A DNA stretch of 60,695 bases, the filler included. It is 3 parts of 3 records of this genome, joined end to end, with 100 filler letters (N's around TTAATTAATTAA, not from the genome) between each part and the next. Parts side by side here need not be neighbours in the genome. Positions count along the whole stretch, not along the records: positions 28,935 to 44,603 come from SRR2962707_2251; positions 44,704 to 60,695 come from SRR2962707_2254; 1 more part is not named here. One strand, written 5' to 3'. This document shows, piece by piece, positions 40,730 to 49,690 of the stretch (the stretch's first letter is position 1; each line of letters begins with the position of its first letter). Both the position numbers and the translations under genes were made by a program. The notes below the pieces were generated by a model. That model searched no databases and was not told the DNA's origin. It worked only from the letters and a program-made list of their open reading frames with translations.

Positions 40730-41802
40730 TCCCGGTCAATGGTGCCTGCAAAGTACATTTCGATTCGGAATACGATTGACGCCTGGTCGTCAAACCCGTC
40801 ATCGCGCCGATACTCCAGGGCCGGAATCAGCTCCGCGAACAGCCAATTGTCATACACCCGGTAGCGCCATGTGATATCTGTAAAGTAGCTTGTGGTGCGC
40901 CAGGTTGGCTGGCTCTCGCCAAGCACGCCAATACGAGGGGTGATCACCGACCGGGTATTCAGACGTTTCTGCACGCTGTGAACATGGGCCCCGACAAATT
41001 CGCGGTCAGAATGAATCCATTCCAGCTCGGATGAGTTGTAGTAATGCCAGCCGTTACCCAGTGAGCGGTTTAAACCAACCCAACTGCGGGCCCCCCAGCC
41101 TTCGGTATGATAATAGTAAAAACGTTGCTGGGCATTGAGTGCCCAATCGTTGTCGATTTTCCAGCCCTTGCGCGCTTTCATACGCCAGAAGAGTTCGGGT
41201 GGCAGCCTCAGTCGGCCACCAATATCGGTCGAGAGGTTGATGGCATCACCGACATCGGTCAGAAACCTCAGGGCGCCGGTTGTCTCTGTGTCGGTTCGCT
41301 CCGGTTCCGTCAGTTGCCTGTCCCGCTCACGTTCCGCCAGCGGGATCAGTTCTTCGCTTTCGCTTTCCACCACCAGCCTCAGCTTCTCCTCAGCGGTGGG
41401 GACATCGAGACGAAAGCGAAGCTCCGGCTCAAACTGGGCCGGATCGCTGTATTCGGATTCTGCTGCAAACCCCAGTCTCAGGTAGCTTTCGTTATTTGGC
41501 AGCGCCTGAGAAGAGCCGGACAGTGTTCGATCCGCCCATGCACCCAGGGACTGCACTGTTGGGCCATGCTGACGTTCCTGCCGAATAACCCAGTCGCTGA
41601 CTCCCAGCCACCAGGAATCCCTGGGCTCTGCCCAGAAATCAGCGGGTTCGAAGGTATAGAACGAGATTGGCAGGCGCTCCGGCGCCAGAAGGGCGGGCAC
41701 CGAGATGTCACGCATGGTGATGACCGGTTCTGCCGCTTTCGTGAAGGAACAAGCGAGGAGACCGGTGGCAAGTGCAGTAAGAATAAGTGCGGGGCGGATC
41801 AG
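40726..41802 (-). CDS. Hypothetical exported protein, probable outer-membrane beta-barrel
   Basis: Signal-like LIRPALILTALATGLLACSFTKAA, alternating amphipathic strands, ends RIEMYF. Likely CTG start at 41802 with AAGGAG upstream. Confidence 0.7.
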   Translation of the reverse strand: MIRPALILTALATGLLACSFTKAAEPVITMRDISVPALLAPERLPISFYTFEPADFWAEPRDSWWLGVSDWVIRQERQHGPTVQSLGAWADRTLSGSSQALPNNESYLRLGFAAESEYSDPAQFEPELRFRLDVPTAEEKLRLVVESESEELIPLAERERDRQLTEPERTDTETTGALRFLTDVGDAINLSTDIGGRLRLPPELFWRMKARKGWKIDNDWALNAQQRFYYYHTEGWGARSWVGLNRSLGNGWHYYNSSELEWIHSDREFVGAHVHSVQKRLNTRSVITPRIGVLGESQPTWRTTSYFTDITWRYRVYDNWLFAELIPALEYRRDDGFDDQASIVFRIEMYFAGTIDRE

Positions 41803-41803
41803 A

Positions 41804-42421
41804 CTATGCTCCTTGGCTGAAATCCGCCAGAAAACGTTGGTGCAGAGCCTGTACTGAAGCTTCCACACGCTCCAGCGGCTGCGCATTGTTGATAATCGCA
41901 TCGGCTTTTTCGCGGCGGGCGGCTCTGGGCATTTGGGCGGCGAGTATCCGCTCCACCTGTTCGCGGCTATTCCCGTCTCTCTCCATGGTGCGGTCAATCT
42001 GAGTTTCTTCCGGTACATCCACCACAACAATCCGCTCCACCAGTTCGTGCTGGTTGGTCTCCAGAAGCAGGGGAGAGACCAGCATCACATAGGGCAGATT
42101 GTAATCCTCGGGTGATAACTGGCGGATCAGTTCCTGGCGGATAATGGGATGCAACAGGCCTTCCAGCCAGCGTCGTTGTTCCAGATCCTCAAATACTTTC
42201 TGACGCAGGGCAGCACGGTCCAGTTCGCCGTTACCCTGAAGAATGCTCTCGCCGAAGTGATCAGCGATGGCCCTGAGGGCTTGTGTGCCTGGTTCCACGA
42301 CCTGTCGGGCGACATCGTCAGCATCCACCCAATGCACGCCGAGAGCACCAAACATGCGTGCAACGGTGGATTTTCCGGAGCCAATACCTCCGGTGAGGCC
42401 GATAACCGAATAGCGGGACAT
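41804..42421 (-). CDS. coaE: Dephospho-CoA kinase
   Basis: IGLTGGIGSGKSTV, DAD..AR, LHPIIR, PLLLE. Confidence 0.96.
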   Translation of the reverse strand: MSRYSVIGLTGGIGSGKSTVARMFGALGVHWVDADDVARQVVEPGTQALRAIADHFGESILQGNGELDRAALRQKVFEDLEQRRWLEGLLHPIIRQELIRQLSPEDYNLPYVMLVSPLLLETNQHELVERIVVVDVPEETQIDRTMERDGNSREQVERILAAQMPRAARREKADAIINNAQPLERVEASVQALHQRFLADFSQGA

Positions 42422-43297
42422 TCAGACTCCTAGGTACCCGAACCATATGGCCTGGATTTCAGGCCCAAACCACAACGAGAGTAAGCCTGCAGCGGCCAGG
42501 TAAGGGCCGAAAGGAATCGGCACTTCACGCCCGTGTTTGCGGAATACCATCAGACTGATGCCCACAATCGCCCCCACCAGAGAGGAGAGCAGAATCACCG
42601 CAGGCAGCAGTTGCCAGCCCAGCCAGGCCCCCAGCGCCGCTAACAGCTTGAAGTCCCCGTGCCCCATGCCTTCCTTGCCGGTGGCCAGCTTGAACAACCA
42701 GTACACGCTCCAGAGCGAGAGGTAACCTGCCACAGCGCCCCAGAAAGCACTACCAAAATCCGTCAGCACACCAAAGTAGTTAAGCACCAGGCCAAGCCAC
42801 ATCAGGGGCAGGGTGATGCCGTCTGGCAGGAGCTGGGTGTCGAAATCGATCATGGTCAGCGCCACCAGCGCCCAGACCATCAGCAACGCCCAGAGTGCGG
42901 ACTCGGATGGCCCCAGCAGATAAACCGTTACGACGGAAAAAAGCGCGGTCAGGGCTTCAATGATGGGATAGCGCGGCGAAATACGTGTTTTGCAGGAGGA
43001 GCATTTGCCACCAAGCATTAGCCAACTGATGACCGGAATGTTTTCCCAGGCGCGAATTTTGTGACCGCAGGACGGGCAGGTGGAGGCCGGTTTTGAAAGA
43101 GTTATCCGCTCATCTGACTTGCGGTCGCCCTCCGGCACTTCCAGAAACTCCTCGCACTGGCACCGCCATTCCTGCTTCATCATTTTTGGCAGGCGAAGGA
43201 TGACAACGTTCAGAAAACTACCGACGCAGAGAGAGACGAAAATGACGACCAGATAGAGAAGCCAGGGAGTGGACAGGATGGTTTCTAGGGGGAGCAT
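42422..43297 (-). CDS. pilD: Type IV prepilin peptidase/methyltransferase
   Basis: GSFLNVVI.RLP, two CxxC motifs, IDFDTQLLPD, GMGHGDFKL, PFGPYL. Confidence 0.96.
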   Translation of the reverse strand: MLPLETILSTPWLLYLVVIFVSLCVGSFLNVVILRLPKMMKQEWRCQCEEFLEVPEGDRKSDERITLSKPASTCPSCGHKIRAWENIPVISWLMLGGKCSSCKTRISPRYPIIEALTALFSVVTVYLLGPSESALWALLMVWALVALTMIDFDTQLLPDGITLPLMWLGLVLNYFGVLTDFGSAFWGAVAGYLSLWSVYWLFKLATGKEGMGHGDFKLLAALGAWLGWQLLPAVILLSSLVGAIVGISLMVFRKHGREVPIPFGPYLAAAGLLSLWFGPEIQAIWFGYLGV

Positions 43298-43325
43298 TCA
43301 GAGACTCTGGTTTATCGTTTTTTTG

Positions 43326-43350
43326 CCCCCTCTCCCTGCAGGAGAGGGGG
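43326..43350. repeat. REP-like palindrome between pilC and pilD
   Basis: CCCCCTCTCC-CTGCA-GGAGAGGGGG, a perfect 10-bp stem; single copy in the window. Confidence 0.45.
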
Positions 43351-43366
43351 GGGATGCTGGTGTAAA

Positions 43367-44587
43367 TCAGCCGACGACCTGCCCCATCTGGAAGATGGGG
43401 AGGTACATCGCGACGATGAGACCGCCAACCAACACGCCGAGAACCGACATGATCATGGGTTCCATCAAGGCGGTGAGGTTGTCCACCATATCGTCAACAA
43501 CGGCTTCGTAATGTTCCGCAACCTTGCCGAGCATTTCGTCCAGGTTACCGGACTCTTCGCCGATGGCTGTCAGCTGAACGGCCATAACGGGGAAGACGTC
43601 TTGCTGACGCATTGATGCCTGGAGTTGGGTACCGCTTGAAACATCATTTTTGATGCGCATAACCGCATCGCGATATACCGCATTGCCCGTCGCACCGGCT
43701 ACCGAATCCAGCGCATCAACAAGGGGGACACCGGCAGCAAAGGTAGTGGAAAGCACCCGGCCAAACTTCGCGACGGCGGATTTATCGAGAATTTCACCCA
43801 CAACGGGCAACTTGAGTGTGTACTTGTCGACAAAATCCGAAAACTTTGGTGAGCGGCGTTTTGCCTCTTTAAACGTAAAGATAACGCCTACTATCCCAAG
43901 CAAGACCACAAACCACCAGGATTGCATCCACTCCGAAAGCCGAACCACCATTTGTGTAAATACCGGTAGCTCGGCGCCAAAACCCTGGAACAGGCTTTCG
44001 AACTGAGGAACTACCTTTACCAGCAGGATGGCCGTTACCACAATGGCAACCACGATAACGGCAATGGGGTAAGTCATTGCCTTTTTAACTTTCTTCTTGA
44101 GAAGCTCAGTTTTTTCGAGATACGTGGCAATTCGGTCCAGCATCTGCTCCAGGGCACCGGCTTTCTCGCCTGACTCCACCAGGTTGCAATAAAGATCGTC
44201 AAAATGTCTTGGATGTTTGCGCAGCGCAGAAGCGAAACCCGTACCAGACGAAATGTCGTTGCGAATACTCATCACTAGCTCTTGCAGACCCTTGTTCTCA
44301 AGGCCGTCGGCAACGATGTCGAAGCTCTGCACCAGAGGTACGCCAGCTTTCATCATCGTTGCGAGCTGGCGGGTCAGCATCGCAATGTCGAACGGTGTGA
44401 TTTTCTTTTTGCCACCAAAGAGTGGTTTGGGCTTTTTCTTTACCTTGTCCGGAATAATCCCCTGCTTTCTCAACTGGGCCTTAACCAGGGCCAGGTTTGA
44501 TCCGGTCAGCTCGCCCTTGGCTTTGTTGCCTCTGCGGTCTTTGCCTTCCCAAATATACGATTCCAGCTTCTGCGCTTTCTCTGCCAT
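43367..44587 (-). CDS. pilC: Type IV pilus inner-membrane platform protein (GspF family)
   Basis: TRQLATMMKAGVPL, GEKAGALEQML, GEESGNLDEML, MYLPIFQMG. Confidence 0.96.
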   Translation of the reverse strand: MAEKAQKLESYIWEGKDRRGNKAKGELTGSNLALVKAQLRKQGIIPDKVKKKPKPLFGGKKKITPFDIAMLTRQLATMMKAGVPLVQSFDIVADGLENKGLQELVMSIRNDISSGTGFASALRKHPRHFDDLYCNLVESGEKAGALEQMLDRIATYLEKTELLKKKVKKAMTYPIAVIVVAIVVTAILLVKVVPQFESLFQGFGAELPVFTQMVVRLSEWMQSWWFVVLLGIVGVIFTFKEAKRRSPKFSDFVDKYTLKLPVVGEILDKSAVAKFGRVLSTTFAAGVPLVDALDSVAGATGNAVYRDAVMRIKNDVSSGTQLQASMRQQDVFPVMAVQLTAIGEESGNLDEMLGKVAEHYEAVVDDMVDNLTALMEPMIMSVLGVLVGGLIVAMYLPIFQMGQVVG

Positions 44588-44589
44588 GC

Positions 44590-44603
44590 TTAATCCTTCG
44601 TCA
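44590..44603 (-). CDS. Probable last codons of pilB (…TKD*)
   Basis: Minus strand (G)TG ACG AAG GAT TAA lies immediately before pilC, where pilB normally sits. Only 14 nt are visible. Confidence 0.4.
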
Positions 44604-44703
44604 NNNNNNNNNNNNNNNNNNNNNNNNNNNNNNNNNNNNNNNNNNNNTTAATTAATTAANNNNNNNNNNNNNNNNNNNNNNNNNNNNNNNNNNNNNNNNN
44701 NNN
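44604..44703. other. Artificial contig spacer
   Basis: N44-TTAATTAATTAA-N44; abrupt switch to AT-rich sequence afterwards. Confidence 0.97.
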
Positions 44704-44892
44704 TTCTTTTTATTCATTTTTATTAATAGCAAGTGGCTATTTTGAAAACCTCATTTAAACCTAGATATAAGTAGCGTCCAATAAATTTCGTTAACCTTTA
44801 TCGCACAACAATAATTAGGAATTAATTATTCATCATAAATAAGGTTCGTACACATTATAAATGTTAAAATAACACTTTTTTAATTATTTCTA

Positions 44893-44922
44893 TTGTTTTT
44901 TTAAAAGTAAATTATACATTTA
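44893..44922 (+). promoter_or_regulatory. Putative Bacteroidota -33/-7 promoter for susC
   Basis: TTG-N19-TACATTTA; the -7 element has one mismatch to TAnnTTTG. Confidence 0.4.
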
Positions 44923-44957
44923 CAAAACCTACGATGTTAAATTTCTGTTATATTAAA

Positions 44958-44977
44958 AAATTCAATCGATTGAATTT
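44958..44977. promoter_or_regulatory. Perfect 20-bp palindromic operator, LacI-family-like
   Basis: AAATTCAATCGATTGAATTT with a central CG, 50 bp upstream of the susC ATG. Confidence 0.7.
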
Positions 44978-45027
44978 GAGGTATAATCGAATAAACGTTA
45001 AATAATTATTAATAAACTAACTAAGAA

Positions 45028-48015
45028 ATGAAAACAAAAAAAACTAACAAAAGTTATTTCTTTTGCTGTTTTCTCTATTTACTAATAGGGATAACCTCTA
45101 TAACAGCAGCAGAAAGGAATTCTAATCTAATGCAAACTCCAATTAGTGGAACTGTAACTTCTGGTACCGATAATGCCCCATTGCCTGGGGTTAGTGTGGT
45201 AGTAAAAGGAACCAATAATGGAGTTGTAACCGATTTTGATGGATTCTATGAATTGAGTGGGGTAGCACCAGATGCAATTTTAGAATTTTCTTACATAGGT
45301 TTTAAAACACAATCTATTTCGGTAAATGGAAAAACAACTTTAAATGTAACATTAGAGGAAGATTTAGCACAATTAGACGAAGTAGTTGTAGTAGGTTACG
45401 GAACCCAAAAACGTTCCGATGTAACTGGATCTGTTTCTTCGGTTCCAGAAGATAGGCTTGAAAATCTTCCTGTTACTAACGTTACTCAAGCTATCCAAGG
45501 TACAACAGCAGGACTTAATATTACAGAAGGTTCTTCGGTTCCAGGAAGTACTGGTTCCATACAAATTAGAGGGGTTAACTCCATTAACGCCAATACGAGT
45601 CCGTTTATAGTAGTAGATGGAACTCCATTTTATGGCTCGATGAACGATATTAATACCCGAGATATTAAATCTATAGAAATTTTAAAAGATGCATCTGCAG
45701 TGGCTATTTATGGTACACGTGGTTCTAATGGGGTTATTTTAATAACAACCAAAAGAGGGGTAACTGGGAAACCAACCATTAATTATTCTGTTTACACAGG
45801 ACTGGAGAGTATCTCTCATGTTTTACAGCCTAGAAGTCCAGAAGCTTATGTTCAAAAGTATCAAGATTACATGACAGCGCGTGGTTTGGAACAAACAGGG
45901 GTTTTATTAAACCAATCTGAAATTGATAATTATAATGCGGGAAGAACTACAGATTGGGTTGATGAGACTACACGTGCAGGTTCAATTCAAGAACATAATT
46001 TAAGCATCCGAGGAGGTTCTGAAACCGCTAAATATTTTGTATCAGGGAGCTTTTTGGATCAAGATGGGGTGATAAAAGGATACGAATTTCAAAAAGTTAA
46101 TTTACGGACCAATTTGGATTTAGACGTAACAGATTTCTTGAAAGTAGGAATGAATGCCTTTTATGCTAATAATGATTTTGGTGGGGGTAGAGCAAACCTT
46201 TTAAACGGCTCTGCCATGAGCCCTTATTCGGTTCCTTATGACGAAAATGGAAACTATGTTATTTTCCCAATGGCTCCAGAGCAGTTGTGGGAAAATCCAT
46301 TGCTTGGTTTAACAACAGATAGAGTTCAAAAGGATAAAAACCTTTCTGGAACAGTATATGCCGAACTTACTCCTAGTTTTGTTAAAGGACTTAAATACAG
46401 GGTAAATGCTTCTTATACAAGCAATCCATATCATTATGCTAATTATGAAGGAAGGGCTGCTAACGACCAAAATGGGACAGCCACCATTACCGATTCAGAA
46501 GAAACTAACTGGGTAATTGAGAACATATTAACTTATAGTAAAGATTTTGGAAAGCATCATATAGATTTAACAGCATTGTATAGTGCGCAAAAAAATGAGT
46601 TTTTCGAATCTTCTGCTACTGGAGTTGGATTTATAAATGATGAACTTTCTTATAACAATATAGAATCTGCACAAAATATTTCTGCTTCTTCGCAAAGTTG
46701 GGAATCTACTTTATTGTCTCAAATGGGAAGGATAAATTATTCTTATGACAGCAGATACTTACTAACATTAACTGCCAGAAGAGATGGTTATTCTGCATTT
46801 GGAGCAAATACAAGTAAATATGGGGTGTTTCCTTCTGTAGCATTAGGATGGAATATTCATAATGAGAATTTTTTAGAAGACTCTAAAACATTGAATCAGT
46901 TAAAACTGAGGTTGTCGTACGGGGAAACTGGAAATCAGGCGGTAGATGCTGGACAAACAGTAACAACAGCGGGTACTGTTTTATATCCTTTTGGAGGAAG
47001 CGCTTTAATAGGGACTTATATAAATGGTTTAGGAAATGCTAATTTAAATTGGGAAACTACTTCTTCTTTTAATGTTGGTCTTGATTTTGGTTTATTTCGT
47101 AATAGAATTTCAGGAAGTATTGAAGCTTATAGAAGTAAAACTAGAGATATTTTATTGCGAAGAAGTATTCCTGCAATTACTGGTTCCGATCAGATTTGGG
47201 ATAATTTAGGAGAAATGCAAAACACAGGTTTTGAATTTACGTTAAGTACAAAGAATATTCAAAATGAAAATTTTCAGTGGGAAACCAATATTAATTTTTC
47301 AACTTTTAAGAACGAATTGTTGGAAATTTATGGAGATGGAGAAGATGATATAGCTAATAGATGGTTTATAGGAAAACCCCTAAACGCAATATACGACTAT
47401 AAAATGGTCGGAGTTTGGCAAGAAGGAGAAGATCCTTCTGGCGTTGATCCTACTGCACAACCTGGAGATATTAAATTTGCCGACCTTAATGGAGATGGGG
47501 TAATAGACCCTGAAAACGATAGAACGTATTTAGGAACTAGTTTACCAGATTGGACTGGAGGAATTACTAATACCTTAACTTATAAAAACTTAACATTTAG
47601 CTTTTTTATTCAAACGTCTCAAGGAGTGTTTAAAGGGAATCCAGATATAAATTATGGAGATGAAGCTGGCCGTAGAAATACACCAGAAGATGTTGGATAT
47701 TGGACACCAGAGAACCAAAGTAACGAATGGCCTTCTATTGGCTATAGAAACACAAGAGGATATGGTTACCCTAGAGATGCCAGTTATGTTAGAATTAAAG
47801 ATGTGAGATTGAGTTATAGAATTCCAAGGAAACATTTGGAGAAATATGGAATTAATGACTTGATGTTTTATATAGCAGGAAGAAACCTATATACTTTTAC
47901 AGATTGGATTGGATGGGATCCTGAGAGTGACCAAACGTATAGAGGAAGCGAAAACTGGACAAATAATTACCCAGTAGTGAGAACCATATCATTAGGTCTA
48001 AACCTTTCACTTTAA
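45028..48015 (+). CDS. SusC/RagA TonB-dependent transporter
   Basis: LDEVVVVGYGTQK, SIEILKDASAVAIYGTRGSNGVILITTKRG, NLNWETT, C-terminal YP..RT...GLNLSL. Confidence 0.97.
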   Translation: MKTKKTNKSYFFCCFLYLLIGITSITAAERNSNLMQTPISGTVTSGTDNAPLPGVSVVVKGTNNGVVTDFDGFYELSGVAPDAILEFSYIGFKTQSISVNGKTTLNVTLEEDLAQLDEVVVVGYGTQKRSDVTGSVSSVPEDRLENLPVTNVTQAIQGTTAGLNITEGSSVPGSTGSIQIRGVNSINANTSPFIVVDGTPFYGSMNDINTRDIKSIEILKDASAVAIYGTRGSNGVILITTKRGVTGKPTINYSVYTGLESISHVLQPRSPEAYVQKYQDYMTARGLEQTGVLLNQSEIDNYNAGRTTDWVDETTRAGSIQEHNLSIRGGSETAKYFVSGSFLDQDGVIKGYEFQKVNLRTNLDLDVTDFLKVGMNAFYANNDFGGGRANLLNGSAMSPYSVPYDENGNYVIFPMAPEQLWENPLLGLTTDRVQKDKNLSGTVYAELTPSFVKGLKYRVNASYTSNPYHYANYEGRAANDQNGTATITDSEETNWVIENILTYSKDFGKHHIDLTALYSAQKNEFFESSATGVGFINDELSYNNIESAQNISASSQSWESTLLSQMGRINYSYDSRYLLTLTARRDGYSAFGANTSKYGVFPSVALGWNIHNENFLEDSKTLNQLKLRLSYGETGNQAVDAGQTVTTAGTVLYPFGGSALIGTYINGLGNANLNWETTSSFNVGLDFGLFRNRISGSIEAYRSKTRDILLRRSIPAITGSDQIWDNLGEMQNTGFEFTLSTKNIQNENFQWETNINFSTFKNELLEIYGDGEDDIANRWFIGKPLNAIYDYKMVGVWQEGEDPSGVDPTAQPGDIKFADLNGDGVIDPENDRTYLGTSLPDWTGGITNTLTYKNLTFSFFIQTSQGVFKGNPDINYGDEAGRRNTPEDVGYWTPENQSNEWPSIGYRNTRGYGYPRDASYVRIKDVRLSYRIPRKHLEKYGINDLMFYIAGRNLYTFTDWIGWDPESDQTYRGSENWTNNYPVVRTISLGLNLSL

Positions 48016-48069
48016 AACAGAGTGCGAGTTATGAATTTCACAAAGAACAACATTATAAAAGGCAATAAA

Positions 48070-49677
48070 ATGAAAAAATATATCAATAAAACACTATTCT
48101 TAATAGGAGTATTGACCTTGGTCTTTACTTCTTGTAGTGACTCTTTTTTAGATGAAGAAGTAGAATCTTCCTATACCCCAGAGTCTCTTAACGATGAACT
48201 AGGTTTCGAATCGGCTATAATTGGATTATACCAACAAATGAGTACGCTTTATACTAGAAGTTCCGATCAAGGTTGGGTTGGAGTATGGCAAGTAGGAACA
48301 GATATCGTTTGGCCAACACAACCACAAGGAATAGAGGTTCCTTATTATGAATACGATTTGTTAACTGCAGACGATAATGCTGCTTACCAAACATGGAATT
48401 TTGCATATAATATGATTGAAAATGCCAATAGTATTATCTACAATGTTGAAAATCCAACTGGGGAAGCACTAAATATAGCTGAAGATGATCGGAAAAAAAT
48501 AAGTGCTGAAGCTCGCTTTTTTAGAGGGTATGCATATAATTTATTGGCAACTTTATACGGAGGAGTTCCTTTGGTTACCGACCCACTTTCGGAACCTAAA
48601 ACAGATTTTGTTAGGGCGCCAATAGAAGATATAAATGCTTTAATTGAAGAAGATTTAATGTATGCTTCTCAAAATCTTCCGCAGATAGATAACACTCCTG
48701 AAGAATCGCGAGTAAGTAGATATGCTGCAAATCAGCTTTTTGCTGAATTTTATTTACGTATTGGACAAGCAAAAAAAGCAGAAGATCAAACAAATCTTAT
48801 AATTAATAGTGATAGATTTGACTTGGTAGACGAAAGATATGGTGTAAAAGCCGATCAACCTGGCGACCCATTTGCAGATATGTTCTATAAAGGAAATCAG
48901 CGTCGTTCTCAAGGAAATTCAGAAGCTATTTGGGTTTTAGAAAACGAGAATCCAAGCGACGTTCGTGGAGGAAGCTCGGGGAATCCACAACAAAGACGTG
49001 TATGGGGAGCTGGTTACCATAATAGAAACGGGATGTTACCTGCCGATTCTCTTGGAGGAAGAGGAATAGCACGGATTAGATTAAATAATTGGGTTTTATA
49101 CAATCTTTATGATGATACAGATATGAGAAATTCAAAATACAATATTCACAGAAGGTTTACATATAACAATCCTGATTTTGAATTGTATGGAGAAGATGTG
49201 CCTTATTCAGGACCTGATACGTTGTTTATCATCAATCCATATACTTTAAAATGGGGGCATTTTGACCCAAGAGACACCTTTGGTTTTGGGATGTGGAAAG
49301 ATTTTATTTTGATGCGTTTAGGAGAAACTTATTTGTTAAAAGCTGAAGCTCAGTTTAGACAAGGAGATTTAGCAGGGGCTGCTACAACTATTAATATTCT
49401 TAGAGATCGAGCTAATGCGCCAACGGTAAGTGCTTCGGATATTGATTTGGATTTTATTTTAGATGAACGTGTTCGAGAACTTTTAGCTGAAGAAAATAGA
49501 AGAATAACACTAATGAGAACTGGTACTTTGGTTGAAAGAGCAAATAGATTAAATAACGATGCTCCTAGCGGAATGCAAATTCAAGGACTAACAGATAAAA
49601 ATCTTTTGTTTCCAATTCCTTTGAGAGAAATTCAATTAAATAAAGACGGAGATTTAAAACAGAATCCAGGATACTAA
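48070..49677 (+). CDS. SusD/RagB glycan-binding lipoprotein
   Basis: Lipobox FTSC, EARFFRG.AY..L...YGGVP, RLGETYLLKAEA, ILDERVREL, QNPGY end; start MKKYINK at 48070. Confidence 0.96.
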   Translation: MKKYINKTLFLIGVLTLVFTSCSDSFLDEEVESSYTPESLNDELGFESAIIGLYQQMSTLYTRSSDQGWVGVWQVGTDIVWPTQPQGIEVPYYEYDLLTADDNAAYQTWNFAYNMIENANSIIYNVENPTGEALNIAEDDRKKISAEARFFRGYAYNLLATLYGGVPLVTDPLSEPKTDFVRAPIEDINALIEEDLMYASQNLPQIDNTPEESRVSRYAANQLFAEFYLRIGQAKKAEDQTNLIINSDRFDLVDERYGVKADQPGDPFADMFYKGNQRRSQGNSEAIWVLENENPSDVRGGSSGNPQQRRVWGAGYHNRNGMLPADSLGGRGIARIRLNNWVLYNLYDDTDMRNSKYNIHRRFTYNNPDFELYGEDVPYSGPDTLFIINPYTLKWGHFDPRDTFGFGMWKDFILMRLGETYLLKAEAQFRQGDLAGAATTINILRDRANAPTVSASDIDLDFILDERVRELLAEENRRITLMRTGTLVERANRLNNDAPSGMQIQGLTDKNLLFPIPLREIQLNKDGDLKQNPGY

Positions 49678-49690
49678 ATACATAACAAGA

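Noticed and set aside
28800..44750. Composition shifts suggesting genomic islands or horizontal transfer
   Set aside because: The shifts coincide exactly with the spacers and genes are cut there, so the segments come from different organisms.
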